Below, piece by piece: positions 11,462-25,402 of a stretch of 64,000 nt of DNA (position 1 is its first letter; every line of letters begins with the position of its first letter). Under the pieces are notes generated by a model that made no database searches, was not told the origin of the DNA, and saw only the letters and a list, made by a program, of their open reading frames with translations. The translations under genes and the position numbers were made by a program. The stretch comes from Dictyostelium discoideum (lineage: Eukaryota): assembly GCA_000004695.1 (NCBI GenBank), contig CM000153.2, positions 2,016,001-2,080,000 of the forward strand. The letters run 5' to 3'.

Positions 11462-13157
11462 ATGACACTAATTCAAAATGAACATCCAGAAATTAGTAAT
11501 ATAATAAATAATATTCAACAAAATCAAAAGAATAATAAAATCAATGATTTGAAAAATTTTTTAGAGAATTCAAAACATTTTGGTGATTTTAGAAAATACT
11601 TAATTGAAAAGAATAAGTATTCATTGGCATCAATGTTACAATGTTATGAATCGATTCAATCATTTAAACAATCATTTTTAGTAGATAATCCACCATTTAA
11701 TTTAAAATTAGCAAATGATATCATATCAACCTTTTTAATTAAACCAACAAATTCAAACGTTTCACCAAACTCGAGTAATTCAAATTTATTTTCAAATAAT
11801 AATAATAATAATAATAATAATGGAACAGGATCATCATCATCATCATCATCACCACCACAATCACAACAACCATCATCATCTTCATTTTATATTGGTTTCA
11901 TTGATGCAAGTGTTTATAATAGTTTAAAAGCTTTATTAGATCCATTGTGGCAAAAACCAACTTCTTCAATTTCTTTAAATAGTTCTGTTAATACAACAAC
12001 AACAACAGCAGCAACAACAACATCTAATAACCCATTATCAACATCATCATCAAGTATTGGTGCTGGTGGTTCATTATTTGATTCATCACCATTAGATTCT
12101 GATTCTGATTTATTTGGTACCCCAACAACACCAGTACCAATACCAACACCAACAAAAACAACAACAACATCAACAGTTGAGGATCCAGAAGAACCAACTA
12201 AAGAACAAATAAATAAACAAAAAGAGATTAAAGATGATTTATCAACACATGTCACCCATAATTTATTCGATATATTAATTGAATTCTTAATATTCAAATT
12301 AGAGCCTGAATTTAGAAAATATATGGCCATAATTACTCCAAATGTATGTTTTTAATTTATCCTTATTATTATTATTATTCTTTGTTTTAAATTTATATAT
12401 ATTTTTTTTTCATTTTTTTTATTTGAAAGTTTTAAAAAGTTGGATCCTTTTTGGAAGATCCTGGGAAAGGCCAAAAAAAAAAATAAAAATAAAAAAAAAA
12501 ATAAAAAAAAAAGAAAAGAAAAAAAAAAAAATAAAAAAAAAAGAAAAAAAAAATTTTATAATTTGACCTAAATTTGCTGATTTTCATATACTGACCTTTT
12601 TTTTTTATTACTTTTAGAACGAACAAAGTTTTAACCCATTAAATAGTAATAATAATAATAACAATAATAATAATAATACAAATACAAATTCAAATATGGT
12701 ATTTGAATCACCATTAACACCAAAGAAAGAGGAAGTTGCAGCCAATTTTTATATAAATAATTTAAATAACAGTAGTAATAGTATAAACTATAATAGATTA
12801 GAAGGAGAGAATAGAATAGTATGGTTTGGAGATCAAGATCATATTCCAGTTTACTATGTGGATCATTTAGGTGGTGCAATAATTCAAGCATTACTATATA
12901 TAACCGAATTTAGATTCCTATTCATTAGTAAACTAACTATGACCGAATTAACATGGATACCATTAGCAACAGTTTATCGTATTGAAAGAGTAACAAGTTT
13001 TAGGTTTGACAGTGCAATTTCAATATGGGGTAAAAATTTTAGGAGGATTGAATTTCATATTGATCCAAAAGAGTTTAAACAACAATCATTTAATACATTA
13101 GGTGGTATTTCTGTAAATAATAATAATAATAATAACAATAGCAATAATAATAATAAC

Positions 13158-13188
<31 letters not shown>

Positions 13189-14822
13189 TGAATAATGGTA
13201 TGAATAATGGTTCACCTTATATTAATGGTGGTAATAATGGTGAATATATTGGTGATATCACTCAACCAATTATATTTAGAATGAGAATATTTGCTTTTCA
13301 AGATGTATCAAATTTATTTGCATTCAAATATTCACCAAATAAATCACAATTACAAGATGGTTGGAGAATATTAAATGATTTTGGTGAATGGTTACGTCAA
13401 GGAATTCTATCAGAGACAGCAGGTTACAATATGAAATGGCGTTACTCTGAAAAGAATATTGAATATATTAATCCAACCTATCCAAAATGGTTGGTTGTAC
13501 CACATAATATTTCCGATGAAGAAGTTGGTATTTGTATGAATTTCCGTTCAAAAGGTCGTATTCCAGCATTATCTTGGATAAGTAGAGATGGTGTACCTTT
13601 GGCACGTTCATCACAACCAATGGTTGGTATCACTAGACAAAAGAGTGTTGTTGATGAAAAGTTGGTGGATTCAATTCGTATGGCTTGTCCAAGTGGTAAA
13701 TCATTATTCCTATTGGATGCTCGTCCAAAAGCAAATGCAATTGCAAACGTTGCAAAAGGTATGGGCTATGAATTGAATTACAATTGTGATATTGAATTCC
13801 TTGGTATTGCAAATATTCATTCAATGCGTGACTCTATCAATAAATTGGAACAATTTTGTCAATCAAATAACGATGAAAATTGGTTAAGTGGTCTTAATGA
13901 AACTCGTTGGTTAGATCATATTCGTACACTTTTATTAGGTGTAGCCAGAGCAGTCAGTCTCATCAATAAAGGTCATCCAGTTTTATTGCATTGTAGTGAT
14001 GGTTGGGATAGAACTTCTCAACTCTCCTCTCTAACTATGATCATTCAAGATCCATACTTTCGTACTATTGAAGGTTTCCAAGTTTTAATCGAAAAGGAAT
14101 GGTTAAGCTTTGGTCATTGCTTTATGAATCGTGTAAGACATGGTGATCGTAATTGGTACTCTGATAGTCAACGTTCACCAGTATTCCTTCAATTTATCGA
14201 TTGTGTTTATCAATTAATGAATCAATATCATGACTACTTCCAATTCAATGAAAACTATTTAATTACAATCTTGGATGCCCTTTACTCTTGTCAATTTGGT
14301 ACATTCCTTTGTAATAGTGAAAAGGAAAGACAAACTATTAAAAAGGATACAGTATCACTTTGGAGTTATATAAATTCAAATCCATTGACTCCCTATCTAA
14401 ATCCATTCTATATTTCCTATGAACATGAAACATCAAGAGCTTTCCATTTACCAGAATGGAGAAGTGAACATATTACCCTATGGAAAGGTTATTACCTTCG
14501 TTATTGGAGAAATCCATTAAAGGAACCAATGGATTGGCAAAAGGTCTCCATTGGTTTAAAACTTAAAAACAATCATCTCTTACGTCAAATCCAAGATTTA
14601 ATACTTCAAAATCAACAATTAACATTGGATAATTTATCATTACAAGAAGAAAAGTACAAACAAACTCAAGAAGTTGAAAATGAGAAATTAGAAAATCAAG
14701 AAAAAGAAAAAAGTGATCATAGTAAAAAATTAAATCAAGAAAATGATATCACCATACCACTCAATAATGAAACTATATTAAACGAAAGTGAACCTGTTGT
14801 AGAAAATGAAATAAATCAATAA
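11462..14822 (+). CDS. Myotubularin-related phosphoinositide 3-phosphatase (GRAM/PH plus active PTP domain with CX5R motif HCSDGWDRT). Exon 1 11462..12343, intron 12344..12617 (GTATGT..TTTTAG), exon 2 12618..14822
   Basis: VLLHCSDGWDRTSQLSSL catalytic loop and surrounding myotubularin homology. Both exons are phase 0 and join in frame (..IITPN|NEQSFNPLNSNN..). N-terminal exon has a weak RGS-like signature (FGDFRKYLIEKNKYSLASMLQCYESIQSFK). Poly-Asn tract. Confidence 0.85.
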
Positions 14823-14961
14823 ATTATATTAATTATTAATTTAGTAAACAATTCAAACAAACAAACAAAAAATAAAATAAAATAAAATAAATAAATAATA
14901 AAAATAAAAAATCGATATATAAATACAAATGACAATAACAAGTTTTTAATTTTTATTTATT

Positions 14962-15441
14962 TTAAAATTTAAAATAAAAAGAACTTGGATAAACCATTGG
15001 TATTTTAATTAGACCATTCAAAACTTGATCTAAAAATGATATTGGATTTGTTGTTGATGATGATGATGACGATGATGATGGTATTGAGTGTTGCTGATTT
15101 AATTTCTTTTGAATAAATTCACAAAATTTAAAAAGTGGGAAATAGTTTATAAGTTCTTGATTTTGTGATTGTTGATGTTGTTGATATCTTTGTTCTTGTT
15201 GGTGATTAATACCATTTGCATTGATATTGTTATTGTTATTATTATTTTTATTGATTACTATTAAATCTATTAATTTAACAATTAAATTACAAGAGAAAAT
15301 AAAAGATTCCAATATTTGCTTTGTATCTAAAGGAACTGTATGGTTGATAGATTTTGATTGAATATTTAAAAGTAATTGATATTTTTGTTCTAATTGTCTG
15401 AAAATTAATGATTTACTTAAAAATCTCTTTAATAATATTTC

Positions 15442-15519
<78 letters not shown>

Positions 15520-16697
15520 GCCATCATCGTTGCATTCTAATAAAAATGATTTCAAATTTAAAATATTAAATAAATATTTCTCATGTAATAATATAAAATC
15601 TTCTTGGAATTGAAGTGATCTTTCTTGCTGTGAACTTGCTTTTAGAGAAACAATAGATGTATGATAATTTGATAATTGATTTAATATCTTTGAATTATTA
15701 TTATTATTGTTATTATTAGTGTTGTTTTTATTGGTGGTGATGCTATAAATTGAAATTTCATTCTCTAAAGTTGCAATAGATAATAAACCTTTTAACCAAA
15801 GGTAATTACATTCAGATTCAACTTTATGAATTAAAGTTGAATAAATAACCATTGCGATCTTATGAAATCCATGACGTTGTGATAATTGTGCTAAATTATA
15901 ACAACTCCATAATTGATCAGGTTTTGGATTCTCTAAAATATATTGTATCAATGGTAATAGTTGCTCTGTTATCTCTTGAATCTTTTGATTATTTTCATCA
16001 AATGTTTTAAATATACACATAAAAATTGACATCTAAAATAATAATAATAATAATAACAATAATAATATATTAATAAATGTTTTTTTAAAAATTTAGAATT
16101 AAAATTAAAATTTTTTTAATACATACAGGTATTGAATATTTACAATCTTGCTTATTTATTCCATTACTAATACCATTGTTATTTCTATTAATGATGTTAT
16201 TATTATTATTGTTACTATTATTATTATTATTATTATTATTATTGAAATTATTGTTTATTAACTGTACACTATTTTCTTTAATAATTAAATTATTTAAATA
16301 ATCTAATATTAATTTAAACCAACCATTTTGATTTAAAACCGATTTATTCATTGGTATACACATTGATAGACAATGGAATAATGATTTTAAAATTGAATCT
16401 TTAATTTATAAAAAAAAAAAAATTAGTAACAAACAATAAATAAAAAAAAATGGAAAATAAAAAAATAATACATACAAGGTATTTCATTTAATAGTGATAT
16501 AATTGTAGTTGTAATTGATTTTAATGGTTTTGGATCCTTTTTAATTAATCTAATTATTGATTTTAAAAAAACTGATGTTTTATTTAATGTTGATTTATTT
16601 TCATTAATATTAGTATTGTTATTTGTTGATGTTGTAAATTGAGTTTTTAATATTACACATATATTATTCACTGTTTGATTCAATATTGATTCTATTA

Positions 16698-16793
<96 letters not shown>

Positions 16794-17573
16794 CAGTTGA
16801 TTCAACTATAATATTAACAAGAGTTTGAATTGATAATTCAGATAGTTTAAAATCATAATCTAATGAATATTGATAAAGAATATCAATTAAATCATTATCA
16901 TTTGCTTGATTCAATTCCAATATCTTTGTATATTGGGATTGAGATAATATTGAAAGTAATAATAATGCATTATATTTTATCTCTCTATAAGATTTGGATG
17001 GTGTCTCCTTTATGATATTGAATATTTCAATTATTGGAAATTGTGAATGTGGTGATGTTATTGCTAATTTTTGTAAACATTTTAATGCTATAACTTTAAC
17101 TACAACTCTTGAATCTGAAAATCCATAATTCTTTAAAAATTTAATCTATAAATAATAAATGAATTAGTATTAATTTTTTTTTTTTTTTTTCTTTTTTTTT
17201 TTTTAAAAAAAAATACATACATGATCATCAATATAAAGGATATGTTTTAAAGATAAATTTGTTAAAGTATCTAAAATTACAGAAACGAAACCAACAGAAG
17301 GATATAAATCCAATAAACCAACTAACATCTCTTTAGATTGTGTTGCAATTGAATGACTATGATGCATATGTCTAAATAATCTGGTATACTTTAATTTGGT
17401 TATTGGTGGTGTTTCAACATTTTGAATAACTGTATGAATTTTTTCAATAATACTATCTGAAAATAATGGTGATATTTCACATAATTTATCCATTATAAAA
17501 ATTGTTGCTTCTAATTCAACTTGATCATGTGATTGCATACATGTTCTAATACTGTATTATTATTATTATTATA

Positions 17574-17666
<93 letters not shown>

Positions 17667-18452
17667 TGAGAGATTAATATTTTTTATTTAGATTTTTAAA
17701 AGTATAAATTTGAATATTTACCTATGATGAATATAAAGTTTATCAGCAATTAAATGAGGTACACTACCTAATACTCTTAAAGATAATGAACGTGCTATTG
17801 GGTCATTGGATAGAATGACAGAATGAATTCTTTTTAAAACCTCTTCAATATTTGAAACTTTATGAATCTCTGATGAACATTCTTGAAATACTTTTAATAT
17901 ACGATATTTAACAGTGTTACTTGTAGTTCTAAAAATATCGGATAAACGTGTTATAACTGAATTTACAATTAAAGGTGATGGATGAAATTTAATTAAATGA
18001 CTAAAGAAAAGTATTGATTCAATTTGTTCACCTAAATTACCACTTCTAATACCTTTATTGATCTCCATTAATATTGTGCCACATTCTTTATCATCCTCTT
18101 TATTAGATTCAATCACTACTATATTACTATTAGTTGGTGTTGTTGTACCACCACCACCACCAACTACTGATGATGCTGATGATGTTGATGATCCAGCTGT
18201 TTGTATACCACCACCACCACTTACAGTATTGTTGGTAGTAGGTGATGGTGTTGAAATACTTGATGAAGGTGGTTGAATAGTTACTGTAGTTGGTGTAGTT
18301 GTTGATTGTTGATTATTGGTTGAAAATAAATGAAATAATGAATTTGGTGGTAATTGATTTGATATACCTAAAACTGATGATCCATTTGATAATGATGGTT
18401 GTCTAACCCCTCCTTGATCATTTAATAGACTTGAGTTTTTATATTTACTCAT
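14962..18452 (-). CDS. ints7: Integrator complex subunit 7 (INTS7) homologue; about 5 exons: ~17722..18452, ~17208..17542, ~16423..17150, ~16090..16365, 14962..~16032. Introns include GTAAAT and GTATGT donors and an (AAT)n-filled intron 17543..17721
   Basis: N-terminal block GIRSGNLGEQIESILFFSHLIKFHPSPLIVNSVITRLSDIFR..KRIHSVILSNDPIARSLSLRVLGS aligns to human INTS7 (GLRSGKLGEQCEAVV..NSAFLKLADVFR..KRIFSVIHSNDPVARAITLRMLGS). Second block SHDQVELEATIF..LKYTRLFRHMHH..LDLYPS matches SHDNVEVEAAVF..LKLIPILQHMHH..TSYPS. Exon joins read on the minus strand. Confidence 0.75.
17556..17667. repeat. (ATT)n ~37-unit microsatellite inside an ints7 intron
   Basis: Direct reading. Confidence 0.9.
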
Positions 18453-18778
18453 TATCTATTTAATTAAATATTTCAATTAGTTAAATTAAAAATGAAAAAT
18501 TAAAAAAAAAAAAAAAAAAAATGAAAAAGTGAAAAAAAAGTGAAAAGTGAAAAAAAAAAAAAAAAAAAAAATTAAAAAATGAATAAAAAAAAAAAACAAT
18601 ATAATTAAAACAATTCCAAAAAAGGAAAGAAAATGATGAAAAAATTAAAAAAACAAAATTATTAAAATAATTCTTTAAAAAAAGATCTAAATAAAATCAT
18701 TCCAAAATTTTATTTTTTATTTTTTACATATTAAATGAGTCAATAAACCCTTATTTATTTTTTTTATTATTATTTTTT

Positions 18779-19915
18779 TTAAAGTGGAGTAACATATGAT
18801 GCAGTTAAACCACCATCAACTAAAAATGTTGAAGCTGTTACGTAAGATGACTTTGGAAAATAAAAAAAGAAACAAAAAAAATAAATTAAATATTAGTTTC
18901 TATAAAATTAATATTAAAATTTAAATAATTAATATTAATAATTACCTCATCACTTGCAAGGAACAAAGCACCATTTGCGATTTCATTTGCCAAACCAAAT
19001 CTACCCATTGGAAGATGAACTAAACGACGATTTCTCTTTTCTGGGGTATTTAAGAATTTATCCAATAATTCAGTTCTTAATGGGCCTGGACAAAGTGCAT
19101 TTACTCTAATATTTTGTCTTGCATGAATAATTGCTAATTCTCTAGTCATTGCTAAAACACCACCTTTACTTGCAGTGTATGCTTAATTAATTTTAAAATA
19201 AAAAATATTTATTAATAATTTATTTTTATTTTTATTTTTATTTTTAAAAAACACACTTACCAATTTGTGGAGTTGCAGCACCCATTATTGCAACAAAACT
19301 TGCAGTATTGATTATAGTACCACCACCAGCTCTTAATAAAGCAGGAATACCAAATTTACAGCCTAAAAAAACACCTTTTAAATTAACATTCATTGTTTTA
19401 TCCCAAACTTCTTCAGTTGTATTTACAGAGTCATCATCTTCAGAGATCATAATACCAGCATTATTGAAAAGGATATTTAATTTACCAAATGTTTTTTCTA
19501 CAGCATCTATCATTTCTTTAACATCGGATGCTTTACTAACGTCAGCTCTAAAAAATGATGCTTCGCCACCTGATGATTTAATTAATGATTCTACTTCTTT
19601 ACCTTTAATATCATTTACATCAACTAATAAAACTTTAGCACCTTCTTTTGCAAATAATAATGAGGATTCTCTTCCAACACCATCTGCTGCACCTGTAATT
19701 AATGCTACTTTACCATCTAATCTACCTTTTTCTAATTTTAAAAAATTATAAAAATTAAAATTAAAAAATTAAAAAAATTAAAAATTAATAAATTATTATT
19801 ATTATTATTATTATTTTTTTTTTTTTTTTTTTTTTTCAATATACTTACTTATAGTTGAATAAAATCTAATAGAGGTTGATCCAATATTTTGTATTTTTTT
19901 AAAAGATGAAAACAT
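18779..19915 (-). CDS. Short-chain dehydrogenase/reductase (SDR) with predicted N-terminal mitochondrial presequence; exons ~19853..19915, ~19244..19744, ~18954..19189, ~18779..18846
   Basis: GKVALITGAADGVGR NAD(P)-binding motif, NAG, catalytic YTASKGG (YxxxK), ..CPGPLRTEL.., C-terminal FLVDGGLTASYVTPL*. GTAAGT/GTAATT donors. Start MFSSFKKIQNIGSTSIRFYSTI. Confidence 0.8.
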
Positions 19916-20065
19916 TTTATTGTGAATAATTTAATGAAAATAATAATAAAAAAAAAAAAAAAAAAAAAAATATTTTATCAAAAAAAAAAAATTATTTAAA
20001 AAAAAATTAAATTAAATTTAATAATTAAAAAAAAAAATTAAAAAATTAATCTTTTTTGTAAATTG

Positions 20066-20105
<40 letters not shown>

Positions 20106-20302
20106 AAACCAACAATTTCACACAAACCATCATAAAAAAAAAAAAAAAAACTCCTTTTATAATATTTTTTTTAAAATCATTAAATTTCTTTTAAAAAGAA
20201 TGTGAAAGGAAGTTTAAAAAAAATAGATTCAATTTATTTCTAATAAATAATTTAATTTTTTTTTTTTAATTTTTTTTTTTTTTCAAAATTATTTCTGTTT
20301 CT

Positions 20303-20338
<36 letters not shown>

Positions 20339-20412
20339 ACTGTTTTAAAAAAAAAAAAAAAGTAATTATTTAAAATTTTTTAGGTATAAAACAAACAAAG
20401 AACAATTAAAGA

Positions 20413-21216
20413 ATGGAAGATTTAATTAACAAAAAAAAATATTTTGATAATATATTAGGATGTATATATGGTCAGTGTTTAGGTGATGCCTATGGATTAA
20501 GTACAGTTTGTAAAATGAAACATCATGTTGATAGATGGTATCCAAAAGTCAATGAAAATTCATTCATTGATTTTCCAAATTATAAAATTGATGACTATAT
20601 GGAAGGTGGTCATACACACGATAGAGGTGATTGGGGTATAGATTCTGATAATATGATTTTATTATTACAATCTATTATAAAAGTTTTTCAACACACAAAT
20701 GATGTCAATAGTAATAATAGTAGTAGTAGTAGTAGTAATAATAATGATGAATTATTTTTTAAAGTTTATAGAAATATATTTTTAAAAAATAAAATTTGGG
20801 ATTATATTAGAATTCAAGAAGAAGAAGAAGAGGACGATGCAATTTTAAAGATTTTTATTAAAAAATTAAAAGTTTATTATACAAAAAAAGGATTTCAAGA
20901 ATTAGGAGATTGGGATAAAAATTGGTTTTCATTTTGTAGAGGCAGACAAACAACACAACTTGTGGTTCGTAATGATGAATTTTTAAAAGACCCAATGATG
21001 GTTAGTAAATACTATTATTTAATAGAATCAACAAAATATCCAAATGATACAGGAGCATTAATGAGATCATCAATTATACCATGTATGAACTTTTTAAATG
21101 AAAAACAACAATTAATAAATACTGTTAATTTTTCAAAGGTTACACATTATGATCCAAGATCAGTAACTTGTTGTATAATTCAAAATAATTTAATTACAAC
21201 AATTTTAAATTATTAT

Positions 21217-21274
<58 letters not shown>

Positions 21275-21999
21275 TTTCAAATTTATTATTAAAACTAATT
21301 AAAATTATATATGAAGATAAGAAAATTGAAAAATTACAAAATTATTATAATGAAAAAAATGGAATGTTTGAAAATGAAATTGATAAAAGAAGGAAAATTG
21401 GGATTTCAAATTATCTTATTTATTCAGCTCGAGATTGGGGACATTTAAATTTGGAGAGATCTTTACAAGGTGGATTTAGTTTGAGTGGTTTGAGTAGTTC
21501 AATTTATTCATTAAAAAAATTTAATCAATACTTTAATCAAGAAAAAGAAAAGTTAATTAATTCAGGTTGTAGTGATGGTTTAATTAATTTATCATTCTTA
21601 TTTAGAAAGGTTTTGGATGAATTAATTAGAGAGGGTGGTGATAATAATGGTGCAAGTACAGGTGCATTATTAGGTTCAATTATTGGTTACTCAAATTTAC
21701 CAAAGGATATGTTACAATCAATGCCTAATAAACAATGGCTAGATGATCAAGTTATTCAATTTATAAAACTATTAGATGAAAGAATAACCAATGGTAAAAT
21801 AATACCTTTTACAATCTCTGATGACCAAGAACAAAATATATATAGTTCAATAGGTCATAATAATGGTGAAACTCAAAATTATCCTTTTGTAAATTATGAA
21901 AATAATAATAATAAAAATAAAAATAAAAATAATAATGATAATAATGATAATAATAATAATAATAATAATAGTAATAGTAGTAAATGTATCATTCAATAA
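20413..21999 (+). CDS. ADP-ribosylglycohydrolase (ARH) family protein with long poly-Asn insertions
   Basis: N-terminal ILGCIYGQCLGDAYG (ARH fold G-x-L-G-x-A-x-GDA-x-G) and C-terminal GGDNNGASTGALLGSIIG (GGDTD..AG.L.G motif). Single 528-aa ORF. Confidence 0.65.
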
Positions 22000-22110
22000 A
22001 TTATTGTAGTAATCCATTTTACTTTTTTCTCTTTTTTTTTCAAAAAATTAAATTCATAAGTGGGAAAACTTGAAAAAAAAAAAAAAAATTTATTTTTAAT
22101 TTTTATAAAT

Positions 22111-22195
22111 AGACACAATAATCACACCACACACACTCACACACGCACACATACTGACCTATATATATCATGTACACTCACACAAAATTACAGAA
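22111..22195 (+). promoter_or_regulatory. CA-rich block (CACACCACACACACTCACACACGCACACATAC; G/T-rich on the other strand) ~300 bp upstream of the PDK1-like ATG; candidate G-box / GBF-type developmental element
   Basis: A run of C/A dinucleotides stands out in AT-rich intergenic DNA. GBF is known to bind G/T-rich (CA-rich) elements in post-aggregative promoters (established knowledge; binding here not tested). Confidence 0.3.
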
Positions 22196-22478
22196 TAAAG
22201 GTAAAAATAAATTAAATTACCACTAAACAGTTGTTTTTTTTTTTTTTTTTTTTATATTTAAATTTTCAGACACAATAATTATTTTATTTGGTTTTGTTTT
22301 TTTTTTATTTTTTTTTATTTTTAATTATTAAATAAAAACCACAATAACTGCAGCCAATATAAAATTTAGTCCGTGTGTATGTAAATAATAATAATAATAA
22401 TAAAAAAATAACAATAACATCTATTTTTTTTTTTTTTTTTCCAAAAAAAAAAATTAAAAATAAAAAAAAAAAAAAAAA

Positions 22479-22645
22479 AATGATAAATGGTCGTTACCAA
22501 AAAGAAGATGTTGTTAATAATAACAACAATTTAAATTTAAATTTAATTGAAAAAACTTTAAATGATTTAACAATCAAAAATAATACAAATATAAATAATA
22601 ATAACACTAATAATAAAAATACCAATTATTATAATAACAACAATT

Positions 22646-22696
<51 letters not shown>

Positions 22697-22738
22697 TTAA
22701 TAATAATAATAACAATAATAAATATTTAAATAATAGCC

Positions 22739-22811
<73 letters not shown>

Positions 22812-25297
22812 AATAAATAATAACAATAATAATGTATTATCTCATTCATCATTAAGTGGAAAAGGTGGTTCAACAACCTATGAAACAACATCATATACAA
22901 CAAGTATAACAAGTAGTAGAGATACTGGAACAATTTCGACATCTTATGAAAGTTCTTCATCATCTTCTTCGTCATCATCTTCTTCATTATATGATGATGA
23001 TGAATATTCAGATTATTCAGATAGTAGTGATAGTATCGATAGTTATGTAAATCATAGACAAGCTTTATCTAAATCTCAACAACAACAACATTTACAACAG
23101 CAACAAGATCAACCACAACCATTACATTCATCAATGGGTGCAATATCTAATGAAAAACCTCCTTCTCCAACTAACCAACAACAACAACAACAACACCATC
23201 ATCCGAAACATAATATAGAATTACCAAAAACATCATCATTTGGATTGCAACCAAATTCTTCAATACCTCATAAAAAATCAAGATCAGATTTCGATTTCAT
23301 TAGAACAATTGGAAAAGGTGCATATGGTAAAGTGAAACTTGTAATTGAAAAAGAAACTCAATTAATATTTGCATCGAAAATTTTGAATAAAAAACTTATA
23401 ATTAAAGAAAAAAAAGCGAAATATGTAAATACTGAAAAAACTATATTAGATTCTTTGGATAATCCAAACATTGTAAAATTATTTTATACTTTTCAAGATG
23501 AAAATAATTTATGTAAGTCATTTTTTTTTTTTTCATCCCAATATATTTATTTTAGTTTCTTCAAAATGTTAATTTTTTAATTTTTATATTTTTATATTTT
23601 TAGATTTTATATTAGAATATTGCCCAAATGGTGATTTATTAGGAGCATTAAAGAAAGCAGGTTGTTTTTCAATTGATGTAGTTAGATTTTATGCTGCAGA
23701 AATATTAATTGCATTAGAATATTTACATGGAAAAGGTATAGCACATAGAGATTTAAAACCAGAGAATATTCTGTTAGGGAAAAATCAACATTTGAAATTG
23801 AGTGATTTCGGATCAGCAAAACAATTAAGTATAGGAAGTCATCATAAAGGTAGTAGATCAGGTTCTTTCTGTGGTACTGCAGAATATGTTTGTCCAGAGT
23901 TATTAACAGAGAAATCTGCAGGTGTTGAAGCTGATATTTGGTCCTATGGATGTTTGCTATATCAATTGGTAAGTGGGAAATTACCATTCAAAGGTTTCAA
24001 TGAATATCAAACATTTCTATTAATTACCAAAAGAGAATTTTCATATCCTGATAATTTCGATAAATGTTGTATGAATCTAATCGATCAACTATTAGATTTA
24101 GATCCATATAAAAGGCCGACAATTAGTGAAATTAAAAATCATGAATTCTTTTCATCCATTCAAGATTGGTCGAGTATACCATCACAAACTCCGCCACCCA
24201 TTGAACAAATGGTACCACAATCACCATTCCCTTCACCAAACTCTTCATTAAGATTAAAAAAGAGATCACTTTCTGTTGGTTCACCAATTAATAGTTCTTT
24301 AACTTATTTATCACAACCACCAATAAAACCATTAAATTTAGATAATTCAAATATTGATTATAATGATTTTGAAAATAATCAAATAATAAGTAATAATAAT
24401 AATAATAATAATAATACTACAACTACAACTACAACTACAACTACAAGTGCAAATACTAGTGGTAGTACAAATAATACATTATATTTTACTTCTCCAAATG
24501 TAACTAGTCCACCTACATCAATGTCTTCTAATAATACTCCAAGATATATAAATCCATTACCAACTCAATCAACAACAACAACAACAACTAAACCAGCATA
24601 TAGTTCAACACCAAGTTCAACAATTTTAAAATCAACTCCTCCACCTCCAATTTTATCTTCATGTTCATCAAATAATTTATTAGGTAAATCATCAAATCAA
24701 CAATATCAACCATTTCAATTCCACCAACAGCAACAACAACAACAACAACAACAACAAAGAGAAAGATCATCTACAACTACACCATCACCAACATTTTTAT
24801 CAAATCATCATAATCAACATCAAAAAAATTTACAACAATCATTCTCATCAATTGATAAATCGTCATTTTCAACATCATCACCAATGAGTTCACCAAGAAT
24901 TCTATTGAAACCTACAGAATTAGTATTGATGGATAAGGATAGAAAAAGAAATATTAGAGAACAACAACAAATTGATCAATATCAATGGAGTAGGTTCCTT
25001 TTACCAAATGATGAAATCATATTAGCATGTGGTATAACAGAGAAAAGATCAGGTTTAATTACAAAAAAAAGACAATTAATAATCACTGATACTCCTAGAA
25101 TTTTTTATGTTGATCCTGTTAAAATGACTCAAAAAGGTGAAATTACTGTCGATGGTTCATTATCTGCTCAACAAAAATCTTCAAAACATTTCATTATAAA
25201 CTCAAAAGGAAGATCAAGACATTTCTATGATTTAGATGGTCAATCGAAATTATGGGTTGATTTAATAAATGAATTAAATATGTTATCATTTAAGTAA
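22479..25297 (+). CDS. 3-phosphoinositide-dependent protein kinase 1 (PDK1) homologue, probably the longer Dictyostelium paralogue (pdkB-like): N/S-rich N-terminus, AGC kinase domain, C-terminal PH domain. Exon 1 22479..23512, intron 23513..23603 (GTAAGT..TTTTAG), exon 2 23604..25297
   Basis: DFDFIRTIGKGAYGKV..ILNKKLIIKEKKAKYVNTEKTILDSLDNPNIVKLFYTFQDENNL|YFILEYCPNGDLL..HGKGIAHRDLKPENILL..LKLSDFGSAK..CGTAEYVCPELLTEKSA aligns along its length to human PDK1. C-terminal RFLLPNDEIILACGITEKRSGLITKKRQLIITDTPRIFYVDPVKMTQKGEI matches the PDK1 PH domain. Splice phase checked (T + AT = TAT). ORF-track starts 22375 (GTG) and 23792 (TTG) are alternative-start artefacts; the real ATG is 22479 (MINGRYQKEDVV). 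Confidence 0.85.
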
Positions 25298-25402
25298 TAA
25301 TAATAATAATAAATAATAAATAATAAATAAATAATTAATAAACAAAATTGTATACAATATTACATTTCTTTTTTTTTTTTTTTACTTTTAGTAAAACTTT
25401 TT

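Noticed and set aside
22629-22987. Poly-Leu and poly-Tyr ORFs on the minus strand
   Set aside because: Antisense translation of the (AAT)n/(AAC)n tract that encodes the poly-Asn N-terminus of the PDK1-like kinase.
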